Positions 1 to 8,118 of a stretch of DNA of 46,260 bases are shown piece by piece. The DNA is from Candidatus Daviesbacteria bacterium (GTDB lineage Bacteria; Patescibacteriota; Microgenomatia; Daviesbacterales; UBA10151), in assembly GCA_028687915.1 (NCBI GenBank), contig JAQTZF010000001.1:167969-214228 (forward strand), written 5' to 3'. The notes beneath the pieces were generated by a model, which saw nothing but the letters and a program-made list of their open reading frames with translations, ran no database searches and was not told where the DNA came from. Each line of letters begins with the position of its first letter. The first letter of the stretch is position 1. A program made the position numbers and the translations under genes.

Positions 1-1233
1 CCCAGGGGGAACTAAAATACCATTAATACGTGTAGCAGCTAAACCAATATTAAATACTCTGTTGGGAATTGAATCTACAAAACTAGAAGTGCCAGTGCCT
101 AAAAGATCACTAATACCATAATTATTAACCTGGTTAGCAGTTGATACAGGATTGGTTGTTTCCACCGGTAATGTAATAGTTGTTATTGTAGGATCTAATA
201 CAGCCTTGGAAATTAAGGTAGTGGTTTTAGCAATATTTAACTCCTTACCGGTTTGGCCTGGTTCAAACTCTCTTACCCTGTTTGTGGATTCGTCATATAA
301 AAACTTAGCCTCTTTTAAAGGCTGGTCAATTTTTTCAGCAATGTTTTTTAGATACGAATGGAGGAGATCTTGATCCAATAAAAGCTGGCTATCAGTTAAT
401 TTTGTTTGACCAAAGCTGATTGCTTCTATAGAAAAAGTTTGTTCGCCGTTTTCCCAGGAGAGGACTTGAGTTGTTGTTTTATCAAAATCTAACAGGCTAT
501 AAAGGGTGGCTTGATCAATTGTCCAGGAATTATTTTCAAAGGTAAGTTTAATAGGGTTAGTCTTAACTCTGTCTAATGCTTTTTTGTATTTCTCGGCTTT
601 AAATGTTGTGAGGTTTGGTTGTAATGTTTTGGTGGGGATGATTAAAGGGGCATTAGTACCAAGGATTAAATATTTTTGAATATTGTTTAAAAGTTTTTGA
701 GAATCAAGTTCTGATCCGTCTTGAGAAGGAATAACATTAATAGTGTCTGCAAAAACCAATTGAGCAGGAATGGCTTCTTTTTTAATCTGTTGGTTAATAA
801 TATTGATTGATGATAAAAGCTGAGCTTTATTTTTAAATGTTAATTCTGGAGTAAAATTTTCACCAACTATTAACAATTTTAACTGGGTCTGTAAATCTAA
901 TAAGATGTTTCCCGATCTACCTGCCGAAGCAGCTTTAACAATAGTATCATCTAAATTTGAAGCAGGAACAGCAGTGTTTAAATCAATATTAAAGGTCTGG
1001 TTTAAGTAGTTAAGATTTATAGTACTAGTACTTCTTTTTTTAAATTCAGAAGTTAAATTATATTGAGTGATAGAGCTATCTTGTCCTCCCACATCCATAT
1101 TTGCAATTTTTACCCCGGGAAAAAATTTACCCTGATAAAAACTCACAAAAGTAAAATATGACAAAAGCAGGATTGCTATAGCGACAAAGATGAGAGAAAA
1201 GGTTAATCTGAGCTTGTGATAAACTTTTTTCAT
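1..1233 (-). CDS. VanW family protein, N-terminal 411 codons (C-terminus runs off the left edge)
   Basis: Absent from the ORF track because its stop lies outside the window. My own minus-strand translation starts at the ATG (complement of 1231-1233). It begins MKKVYHKLRLTFSLIFVAIAILLL (signal anchor) and stays open to base 1 (1233 = 3 x 411). It ends ...LGTGTSSFVDSIPNRVFNIGLAATRINGILVPPG, which matches the VanW-domain core. Confidence 0.7.
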   Translation of the reverse strand, partial: MKKVYHKLRLTFSLIFVAIAILLLSYFTFVSFYQGKFFPGVKIANMDVGGQDSSITQYNLTSEFKKRSTSTINLNYLNQTFNIDLNTAVPASNLDDTIVKAASAGRSGNILLDLQTQLKLLIVGENFTPELTFKNKAQLLSSINIINQQIKKEAIPAQLVFADTINVIPSQDGSELDSQKLLNNIQKYLILGTNAPLIIPTKTLQPNLTTFKAEKYKKALDRVKTNPIKLTFENNSWTIDQATLYSLLDFDKTTTQVLSWENGEQTFSIEAISFGQTKLTDSQLLLDQDLLHSYLKNIAEKIDQPLKEAKFLYDESTNRVREFEPGQTGKELNIAKTTTLISKAVLDPTITTITLPVETTNPVSTANQVNNYGISDLLGTGTSSFVDSIPNRVFNIGLAATRINGILVPPG

Positions 1234-1263
1234 ATTAAAACAAATTTTAATGGTATTTGATTG

Positions 1264-1269
1264 TATAAT
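1264..1269 (+). promoter_or_regulatory. -10 box TATAAT, 6 nt upstream of ATG 1276 (leaderless-type promoter)
   Basis: The sequence reads ttgTATAATcaatgtATG. There is no room for a Shine-Dalgarno motif. Confidence 0.45.
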
Positions 1270-1275
1270 CAATGT

Positions 1276-2592
1276 ATGAGGAATTTAATTATTGCAGTTG
1301 TTGTTATTTCAGTTATTTTAGGAATAGCTTTTTGGAGTTTTGGAAGTACTTTGATTAACTCTGTAAATAAGCCAAACCCAGAAAATCAGCCAGTTAATTT
1401 AGTTTGGTGGGGGCTAATTGATGAGGAAACTGCATACAGAACAATTATTACCAGCTATGAAGCTATTCATCCAAATGTCAAAATTACCTATTCTAAGCAG
1501 TCGCCTTTAAATTATAGACCCCGTCTTCAAACTCAACTTCGGGCAGGCCAGGGTCCGGATATCTTTATGATTCATTCATCGTGGGTACCAATGTTTACCG
1601 GAGATTTAGCTGCAGCCCCGGAAACAATTTTTCCCACCAATGATTTTAATTCCACTTTTTATTCAATTGCCAAAGATAATTTGGTAGTAGGAAATAGAGT
1701 TTATGGTATTCCAATGGAGGTTGATGGCTTAGCTCTTTATTATAATGAAGATCTTCTAAAATTCGCAGGTGTAACTCCACCTAAGACCTGGCAGCAATTC
1801 TTAGATGCAGGCAGAAAATTAACAGTAAAAAATGAAACTGGACAGATCCAGACTTCTGGAGCAGCTTTGGGAACAGCTACAAATGTTGATAATTGGCCGG
1901 AAATTTTAGGATTACTTTTCTTGCAACAGCCTAGTACCACCCTTACTTCTCCTGGTACAAAAGGAGGGGGAGATGTTTTACGGTTTTATACCAGTTTTGT
2001 AATTGATCCCCAAAATAAAACCTGGGATGTAACACTCCCACAATCAACTCAGATGTTTGTTGATGGAAAGTTGGCTTTTTATTTTGCTGATGCAAAAAAG
2101 GCAACAGAGATACAAAATGCTAACCCAACCTTAAAGTTTAAAGTTATTCCTGTGCCTCAATTGCCAGGAGGAGATATTAACTGGGGGTCTTTTTGGGGTT
2201 ATTCTGTAGCTGTGAAACCAACATTCACAGAAGCCTGGAAGTTTTTACAATATCTATCTACACCACAATCACTACAAGTTTTATATCAACAAAAGACTCA
2301 AAATCAGTCAGTTGGAAGTGCTTTTCCAAGACGGGATATGGCAGCATTATTGGTAAATGATCCTGTTTTGGGAGCATATATAAATGAAGCTCCCACTATG
2401 AAGGGGTGGTATTTAAATTCTAATGCTTCAGATTCAGGAATAAATGATGAAGTAATTACTCTTTATAAAGAAGCGGTAGATAAAGTATTACAGGGAACAG
2501 ATCCGGAACAATCACTGCAGGGGATGAATATTAAAATAAAACAGGTAATTGATAAATATACCAAACCAGTTGCTACTCCAACTAAAAAATAA
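1276..2592 (+). CDS. ABC transporter extracellular solute-binding protein (family 1, sugar-type), orphan
   Basis: ORF 1261..2592. It has an N-terminal TM/signal anchor (MRNLIIAVVVISVILGIAFW). The length and pattern (VNLVWWG, GQGPDIFMIHSSWVP, VYGIPMEVDGLALYYNEDLL, TWQQF) are typical of SBP_bac_1. I prefer ATG 1276 over the TTG at 1261, which overlaps the -10 box. Confidence 0.7.
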   Translation: MRNLIIAVVVISVILGIAFWSFGSTLINSVNKPNPENQPVNLVWWGLIDEETAYRTIITSYEAIHPNVKITYSKQSPLNYRPRLQTQLRAGQGPDIFMIHSSWVPMFTGDLAAAPETIFPTNDFNSTFYSIAKDNLVVGNRVYGIPMEVDGLALYYNEDLLKFAGVTPPKTWQQFLDAGRKLTVKNETGQIQTSGAALGTATNVDNWPEILGLLFLQQPSTTLTSPGTKGGGDVLRFYTSFVIDPQNKTWDVTLPQSTQMFVDGKLAFYFADAKKATEIQNANPTLKFKVIPVPQLPGGDINWGSFWGYSVAVKPTFTEAWKFLQYLSTPQSLQVLYQQKTQNQSVGSAFPRRDMAALLVNDPVLGAYINEAPTMKGWYLNSNASDSGINDEVITLYKEAVDKVLQGTDPEQSLQGMNIKIKQVIDKYTKPVATPTKK

Positions 2593-2612
2593 GTGATAAA
2601 ATATCCGCAATT

Positions 2613-3344
2613 ATGACTGATTCTTTTGAAAGTATTTTTAAAGATAAGAATAAAATATTAGTGGTGATGGCTCATCCTGATGATAATGAGATAGTTTGTG
2701 GTGGTATTGTAGCTCGGTTAATTGATGAAGGTAAAAAAGTAAGGGTTGTGGTGATGACAAATGGTGGCAAGGGCATGAGAGATAGAACAGATGTAAATGA
2801 AGAGCAGTTTGCTAAAATTCGTCTTATTGAACAAAAAAAGGCAGGAGTGGAGTTAGGGCTTAGTGAAGATGATATGTTTAATCTTAATATTGCTGATGGT
2901 GAACTGGAGGATTCCTTAGAAAATATTGGTAAAATTGTCTATCATATTCGAGAGTTTAAGCCAGATATTATTATTACTCATAATCCAGAAGAAAAAATTA
3001 ATACCTTTTCAGAAGATACTAAATGGGTAAATCATAGGGATCATCGTTATACAGCAACCCTAGTTTTAGATGCTGCTTATCCATACTCCAGAGATACAGC
3101 TTTTTTCCCAGAACAATTAAAAAATGGTTTATCCCCTCATTGTGTTGGTCAGTTTTTAATGTCTGATTTTTATACACACCCTGATGCAAAATATTTTGAA
3201 GTAGGTAAATATCTAGATAAAAGAAGGAAGGCTTTGGAGAAACATACAAACGGGTTAGATCAAGAAGAAATTGATAGTTTTATGGAGGAAATTCAAAAAG
3301 AGAATGGACATTTTGAAACCCTCCGATACTTGAATACAGACTAA
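2613..3344 (+). CDS. PIG-L family (LmbE-like) deacetylase
   Basis: Carries the motifs VVMAHPDDNEIVCGG and HRDH, plus a GG..G block typical of PIG-L/LmbE zinc deacetylases. Confidence 0.8.
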   Translation: MTDSFESIFKDKNKILVVMAHPDDNEIVCGGIVARLIDEGKKVRVVVMTNGGKGMRDRTDVNEEQFAKIRLIEQKKAGVELGLSEDDMFNLNIADGELEDSLENIGKIVYHIREFKPDIIITHNPEEKINTFSEDTKWVNHRDHRYTATLVLDAAYPYSRDTAFFPEQLKNGLSPHCVGQFLMSDFYTHPDAKYFEVGKYLDKRRKALEKHTNGLDQEEIDSFMEEIQKENGHFETLRYLNTD

Positions 3345-3384
3345 CTAATAATGAAAAACGTTTTAATTTTACATAACATCTAAC

Positions 3385-4052
3385 ATGGCAAATATTTTAG
3401 TTTTTGGTGATAGCGTCGCTTACGGAGCCTGGGACCCAAAAGGTGGTTGGGTTAGAAGGTTAAGGGAAGTGATTGAAGAGCCAATTTATAAAACAGCCAT
3501 ATATACAAAACATTACAAGCTCACAGGCGATGCCTCTCTTGTCTATAATTTAGGCGTTACTATGAGACTACTACTAGTATGTTAGTAAGATTTGAAGGTG
3601 AGACTAAGGCAAGACTATGGGGAGACGATACAATTATTTTTTCGATTGGCAAAAATGATGTCTTGCTTGATAACCACGCAAAAACTTTGGCAGTTTCACC
3701 ACAAGAGTTTGAAATGAATCTTAGAAAGTTGATACTCTTTGCTAAACGACACGCAACAAGGGTTATTTTAATGGAAACTTTACCAATTGATGAAAAAAGA
3801 GTTAATCCTATTCCTTGGCTAACGACACATTCTTATAAAAGTGAAGACATAAAACATTATAATGAGATTATTAAAAAGGTAAGCGAAAAAGAAAATGTTC
3901 CCTTAATAGAAATTTATTCAAAACTTATTAATACAGATTTTGAGAATTTATTAGAAGATGGAATACATCCTAATACAGAAGGGCATAAATTTATTTGCGA
4001 AGAAGTTAAAGAGTACTTAGTAAAAAATAAAATTATTGATCTTGAAGGGTAA
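3385..4052 (+). pseudogene. SGNH/GDSL hydrolase split by a frameshift (ORFs 3385..3585 and 3579..4052)
   Basis: ORF1 carries block I (ILVFGDSVAYG) and reaches YNLGV. The expected block II continuation (S)GETTTSMLVRFEGE is readable in the frame of ORF2 from 3564 onward. ORF2 carries block III (IGKNDV) and block V (DGIHPNTEGH). Only 5 nt (3559-3563) lie where 6 are expected, so the simplest reading is a 1-nt loss. Confidence 0.7.
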
Positions 4053-4977
4053 GAGGTGGGGTATTGATAAGTTGAACCTCTGGTTCAAGGGTCACTCCAA
4101 ATTTTTCTTTTACCTCTTTGATTAAGCTTGAAGCCAGTTCAATAAAGTCTGCAGTTTTGGCGTTTCCGGTATTTACAATTAAATTGGCATGACCGTTTGA
4201 TACTTTTACATCTCCAACCTTTTTGCCTTTTGCCCCAATGCTATCCAATAAAAATCCGGCTGTTATTTTTCCGTGTACAATTTTATCTTTAGGAATAAGC
4301 TTTAATGATTCAGGGGGCATATTTTCTACGGGAATATTTTTAAAAAACGAACCAGGGTTTTTGCCTTCCCAGAAATTTTTACCAGCCCTTGTTTTTAAAA
4401 TATTTTTTACTTCTTTGGCTACTGTATGTGGTTGTGCTTTTGCAAGCTTAAAATGAGCTTCCAAAATAACATAATTATTCTTTTTAAAGATAGAATCACG
4501 ATAATCAAATTTACATTGTTTTTTAGTTAAGGATACTACTGCTTTTTTTTGCGGGTCAAAGCAAATAACTCTTGTAAGGTTGTCACTAGCAGCAGTTCCA
4601 TAAGCTCCGGCATTACCATATATTGCTCCACCAACTGTACCAGGAATACCAGCCAGTTTTTCTACTCCTGTTAAATCCTGTTTAACTGACAGAGACACTA
4701 ATTGTGAAAGCAGTGTACCTGAACCAACTTTAAGGATTTGCCTAAAGCCGATAATACCTTTGATACTATTTTTTATAACTAATCCGGGAAAACCATCGTC
4801 TGCAATTAAAACATTACTGCCGCTCCCCAGGATTAAATAAGGCAGCTTTTTAGATAACGCCCAATTAATTGCTTCGACCATCTTTTCTGGTGTTTTAGCA
4901 CTATAAAAATACTTGGCAGGACCACCAACTCCTGAGGTATTTAAATTACTTAAAATAATATCCTTTTGTACTTTCAT
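4033..4977 (-). CDS. murB: UDP-N-acetylenolpyruvoylglucosamine reductase
   Basis: FAD-binding N-terminus (GGPAKYF, YLILGSGSNVLIADDGFPGLVI), GIPGTVGGAIYGNAGAYG, and a MurB C-terminal domain (GSFFKN, SIGAKGKKVGDVKVSNGHANLIVN). Confidence 0.9.
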   Translation of the reverse strand: MKVQKDIILSNLNTSGVGGPAKYFYSAKTPEKMVEAINWALSKKLPYLILGSGSNVLIADDGFPGLVIKNSIKGIIGFRQILKVGSGTLLSQLVSLSVKQDLTGVEKLAGIPGTVGGAIYGNAGAYGTAASDNLTRVICFDPQKKAVVSLTKKQCKFDYRDSIFKKNNYVILEAHFKLAKAQPHTVAKEVKNILKTRAGKNFWEGKNPGSFFKNIPVENMPPESLKLIPKDKIVHGKITAGFLLDSIGAKGKKVGDVKVSNGHANLIVNTGNAKTADFIELASSLIKEVKEKFGVTLEPEVQLINTPPLTLQDQ

Positions 4978-4985
4978 ATTTAGGT

Positions 4986-4993
4986 ATTATACA
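4986..4993 (-). promoter_or_regulatory. TGTATAAT -10 element, 8 nt upstream of the murB ATG
   Basis: The minus strand reads TGTATAAT-acctaaat-ATG, and no SD motif is present. Confidence 0.45.
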
Positions 4994-4996
4994 CTC

Positions 4997-5025
4997 TTGA
5001 CAGAAAAAAAAATCATGATTAAAAT
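4997..5025 (+). promoter_or_regulatory. sigma-70-type promoter of the groES operon (TTGACA-17 nt-TAAAAT)
   Basis: TTGACA at 4997-5002, a 17-nt spacer, then TAAAAT at 5020-5025. It lies about 27 nt upstream of the groES ATG. Confidence 0.55.
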
Positions 5026-5051
5026 AGCAAAGCAGCTAGTAGGCTGCCAAT

Positions 5052-5387
5052 ATGGGACGAACATCTAAAACACAAATAGACAAAGCCCCTGCCCCACAAA
5101 AAATCAAACCTTTAATGGGCTATGTATTAGTAGAGCCAACAGCAGCAGAAACCCACACTTTATCCGGTATTATTTTGCCAGAATCAGCCCAAGAAAAACC
5201 AGCTATGGGAACAGTTATTTCAATAGGATCAGATTTAATTATGAATGGTGGTAAAGTTATGGCTGCTCCGGTAAGTGTTGGTGATAAAGTATATTTTAAA
5301 AAATGGGGTGGAGATGAAATAAAAGTTAATGGTAAGGAATTAAAATTAGTAAAATTTGATGATTTAATAGCAATTGTGGAAGGATAA
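5052..5387 (+). CDS. groES: co-chaperonin GroES (with about 18-aa N-terminal extension)
   Basis: KIKPLMGYVLVEP...SGIILPESAQEKPAMGTVISIG...GDKVYFKKWGG.EIKVNGKELKLVKFDDLIAIVE matches the Cpn10 pattern. The conserved IKPL begins at residue 18. Confidence 0.9.
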   Translation: MGRTSKTQIDKAPAPQKIKPLMGYVLVEPTAAETHTLSGIILPESAQEKPAMGTVISIGSDLIMNGGKVMAAPVSVGDKVYFKKWGGDEIKVNGKELKLVKFDDLIAIVEG

Positions 5388-5388
5388 T

Positions 5389-5736
5389 ATGACAGAAGGA
5401 AAAACAGATATTAATATTGAAATTGAAGCATTAAAATGGCAACTTAATTTAGCAGATGTTTCTGTTAAGTTGGAAAAGGCTTCAATGTTAGAAGAAGCAG
5501 GGAGTAAAAATATACTAGAGGTTTCTACTCGCCTTGGATTAGAAACAGAAAAGGTTTCTGAATGTGAAGGTATGATTAGAATGGCTAGACATATACTAGG
5601 CCTTTTGGAAGGACAAAGTGGTGATCCACAAATTGGTTTTTTAATCGATCGAGGGAGACAAAAATTTAATAAAGCACGGGCTTTTATCGAGAGTAATCCA
5701 ATTTTAGGAGAACGAGGTCTTGAAATAAAGGAATAA
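5389..5736 (+). CDS. hypothetical protein (115 aa) inserted between groES and groEL
   Basis: ORF 5374..5736. The ATG at 5389 is preceded by GGAAGGA (5378-5384) and lies 1 nt after the groES stop. It looks helical, has no TM segment, and carries no motif I recognise. Confidence 0.6.
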   Translation: MTEGKTDINIEIEALKWQLNLADVSVKLEKASMLEEAGSKNILEVSTRLGLETEKVSECEGMIRMARHILGLLEGQSGDPQIGFLIDRGRQKFNKARAFIESNPILGERGLEIKE

Positions 5737-5740
5737 AAAT

Positions 5741-6088
5741 ATGGCAGAAACAGAATTTAGTAGAGAAAAAATTAGAATGATGGGAGAAGCAATAGATGAT
5801 AAGATTGCTGATTTGAGAACAAAACAAACAAAGAGCTTTTCTGGGGATAGAAAGTTATATGGAACTTTTCAGGCTGCAAAGGATCAACGGGATAAAGATA
5901 TAGGGATGTTGTTTGCTATGAGAAGTGCGTTAGATATTATATTAGGAGATATCCCTCCTCGAATAGGCTTATATTCAGAACAAGCATTTAATCTATTTCC
6001 CCAAGAAGAAGCTAATCAGACAGAAACAACTAAAAATCCAAGGGGATACTCTGTAGGAACTGGGAATGTTGACGCAGGAGAGAGATAA
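5741..6088 (+). CDS. hypothetical protein (115 aa) inserted between groES and groEL
   Basis: The ATG lies 4 nt after the previous stop, with AAGGA at 5728-5732. It has no recognisable motif. It shares a weak local resemblance to the preceding ORF (GMLFAMRSALDIILGD.PPRIGL versus GMIRMARHILGLLEG...DPQIGF). Confidence 0.6.
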   Translation: MAETEFSREKIRMMGEAIDDKIADLRTKQTKSFSGDRKLYGTFQAAKDQRDKDIGMLFAMRSALDIILGDIPPRIGLYSEQAFNLFPQEEANQTETTKNPRGYSVGTGNVDAGER

Positions 6089-6091
6089 TAT

Positions 6092-7714
6092 ATGGCTAAA
6101 ATATTAAAATTTGATACAGAAGCAAGAGAAAAATTATTAAAAGGTGTTAACATCCTAACCGAAGCTGTGGCTTCAACTTTGGGTCCAAAAGGACGTAATG
6201 TTGCCATAGATAAAAAGTGGGGAGCTCCAAATGTTGTCCATGATGGAGTAACTGTGGCTAAAGAAATAGAGCTGGAAGATCCTTTTGAAAATATGGGTGC
6301 CCAACTTATAAAAGAAGCTGCTTCTAAAACCAATGATGTAGCAGGCGACGGAACAACTACAGCAACAATCTTAACTCAGGCAATTGCAGCAGAAGGCTTA
6401 AAAAATATTCAGGCCGGAGCAAACCCAATGATTTTACGCCGTGGCATTGAAACTGCAACTAATGCGGTGGTGCTAGAGCTTGCTAAAATGAGTAAAAAAT
6501 TAACCACCACTGAAGAAATTACTCAAGTGGCTACTGTTTCTGCTCAAAACGACGAGATTGGTAAATTAATTTCTGAAGCAATTAGTAAGGTTGGTAAAGA
6601 TGGAGTAGTAACTGTTGAAGAAGGTAAAACAATGGCTATGGGTGTTGATTATAAAGAAGGTATGGAATTTGATAAAGGTTATGCTTCTGCGTATTTTGTG
6701 TCTGATAGTGAAAGGATGGAAGCAACTATAGAAGATGCTTATGTATTAATTACTGATAAAAAGATCTCCAGCATGCAGGAGCTTTTACCATTCTTGGAAA
6801 AGTTTGTGGCTGTTTCTAAAAATCTGGTTTTAATTGCTGATGAGATTGATGGTGAAGCATTGGCAACATTGGTTCTGAATAAACTTCGCGGTGTTTTTAA
6901 TATTTTAGCAGTAACAGCTCCTGGATTTGGTGATAGAAGAAAACAAATGTTGGAAGATATTGCTATCTTAACTGGTGGAACAGTAATCTCAGAAGCTACT
7001 GGTAGAAAATTTGAGTCTGTTGAAGTTAGTGATTTAGGAAGAGCTGGAAGGGTAACAGCAACCAAAGATAGTACTTTGATAGTTGATGGAAAAGGATCTA
7101 AAACAGCCATTACTGCCAGAATTGCTCAAATTAGAAAAGAGGTAGAGAATAGTGATTCTGAGTTTGATAAAGAAAAATTGGCTGAAAGATTAGCAAAATT
7201 AACTGGTGGGGTAGCAGTAATTAATGTTGGAGCTGTAACTGAGATTGAAATGAAAGAGAAAAAAGAGCGGGTGATTGATGCCGTGGCTGCTACTAAAGCT
7301 GCAATAGAAGAAGGAATTGTACCAGGCGGAGAAATAGCTTTGATTCGTGCTAGTAGAGCGCTAGATGGTCTTAAGGCTGAAGGCGAAGAGTTATTAGGTA
7401 TTATGATTGTTAAAAAAGCATTGGATAAACCATTTAGAAGATTGGTTGCAAATGCAGGACTGGATGAAGGTGTGTCTTTGGCAAAAGTGTTAGAAGCAAA
7501 AGATAATGAGGGTATAGATGTAATTGATGGTAAGATCAAAGATCTGGTTAAAGCTGGAATTATTGATCCTGTTAAAGTTACCCGTTCAGTTTTACAAAAT
7601 GGAGCTTCTGTCGCTACTATGATTATGACAACTCAGGTTTTGATTACAGATAAGCCTGAACCAACCCCCCCAGCTCCTCCAATGCCAGGAGGTATGGGTG
7701 GAATGGATTATTAA
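6092..7714 (+). CDS. groEL: chaperonin GroEL (60 kDa)
   Basis: [37 protein letters not shown], the ATP site DGTTTATIL, and a C-terminal GGMGGMDY tail. Confidence 0.97.
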   Translation: MAKILKFDTEAREKLLKGVNILTEAVASTLGPKGRNVAIDKKWGAPNVVHDGVTVAKEIELEDPFENMGAQLIKEAASKTNDVAGDGTTTATILTQAIAAEGLKNIQAGANPMILRRGIETATNAVVLELAKMSKKLTTTEEITQVATVSAQNDEIGKLISEAISKVGKDGVVTVEEGKTMAMGVDYKEGMEFDKGYASAYFVSDSERMEATIEDAYVLITDKKISSMQELLPFLEKFVAVSKNLVLIADEIDGEALATLVLNKLRGVFNILAVTAPGFGDRRKQMLEDIAILTGGTVISEATGRKFESVEVSDLGRAGRVTATKDSTLIVDGKGSKTAITARIAQIRKEVENSDSEFDKEKLAERLAKLTGGVAVINVGAVTEIEMKEKKERVIDAVAATKAAIEEGIVPGGEIALIRASRALDGLKAEGEELLGIMIVKKALDKPFRRLVANAGLDEGVSLAKVLEAKDNEGIDVIDGKIKDLVKAGIIDPVKVTRSVLQNGASVATMIMTTQVLITDKPEPTPPAPPMPGGMGGMDY

Positions 7715-8076
7715 TGAACGAAGTAATAGTTGCTCCAAGACCTCACACAGAATTTATAAACGCGACAACAGCTATTGTGGCAAAATGTGTATTTGACTGC
7801 ACTGATGCAGAGAGTGCAAGAACGCTGGCAGCTAGATATATCAGAGCAGAACTTGATGTTTATAAAAAAAGATGGGGTAGTGATGGCTATAAGGCTATGT
7901 TTAGACAGAGGCTTTTAGAACGGATTGAAACAAGAGGTGATTTAGCAATTGTTGTGGATTACCTTCATGCAGTTAGAAGAGATTTACTGATGAATAACAC
8001 CTCCAATCATGAACCACCTGTACAAAGAGGAATAGCAATTTCTTTTGATAATTTAGCTAGCTCTCTAATTCAGTAG
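7714..8076 (+). CDS. hypothetical protein (120 aa) coupled to the groEL stop
   Basis: The start overlaps the groEL stop (TAATG). It is a long open frame in stop-rich AT-rich DNA. It has no recognisable motif. Confidence 0.55.
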   Translation: MNEVIVAPRPHTEFINATTAIVAKCVFDCTDAESARTLAARYIRAELDVYKKRWGSDGYKAMFRQRLLERIETRGDLAIVVDYLHAVRRDLLMNNTSNHEPPVQRGIAISFDNLASSLIQ

Positions 8077-8118
8077 TCGATTTCACTTCTTATTGGTAGA
8101 TATAGTATTATTAAAGCA

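Noticed and set aside
152-373. 73-aa plus-strand ORF
   Set aside because: It lies entirely antisense inside the VanW-family gene, which reads cleanly on the minus strand from 1233 to base 1. It has no start context and a low-complexity translation.
3544-3585. Programmed ribosomal frameshift in the SGNH hydrolase
   Set aside because: There is no slippery heptamer and no downstream structure. The (ACT)3 run lies after the shift point. An indel, either a pseudogene or an assembly error, is the simpler explanation.
6016-7539. Three minus-strand ORFs (105, 123 and 137 aa) opposite groEL
   Set aside because: These are typical antisense shadow ORFs of a highly expressed, Ala/Gly/Val-rich gene. Their products are Ser/Pro/Thr-rich.
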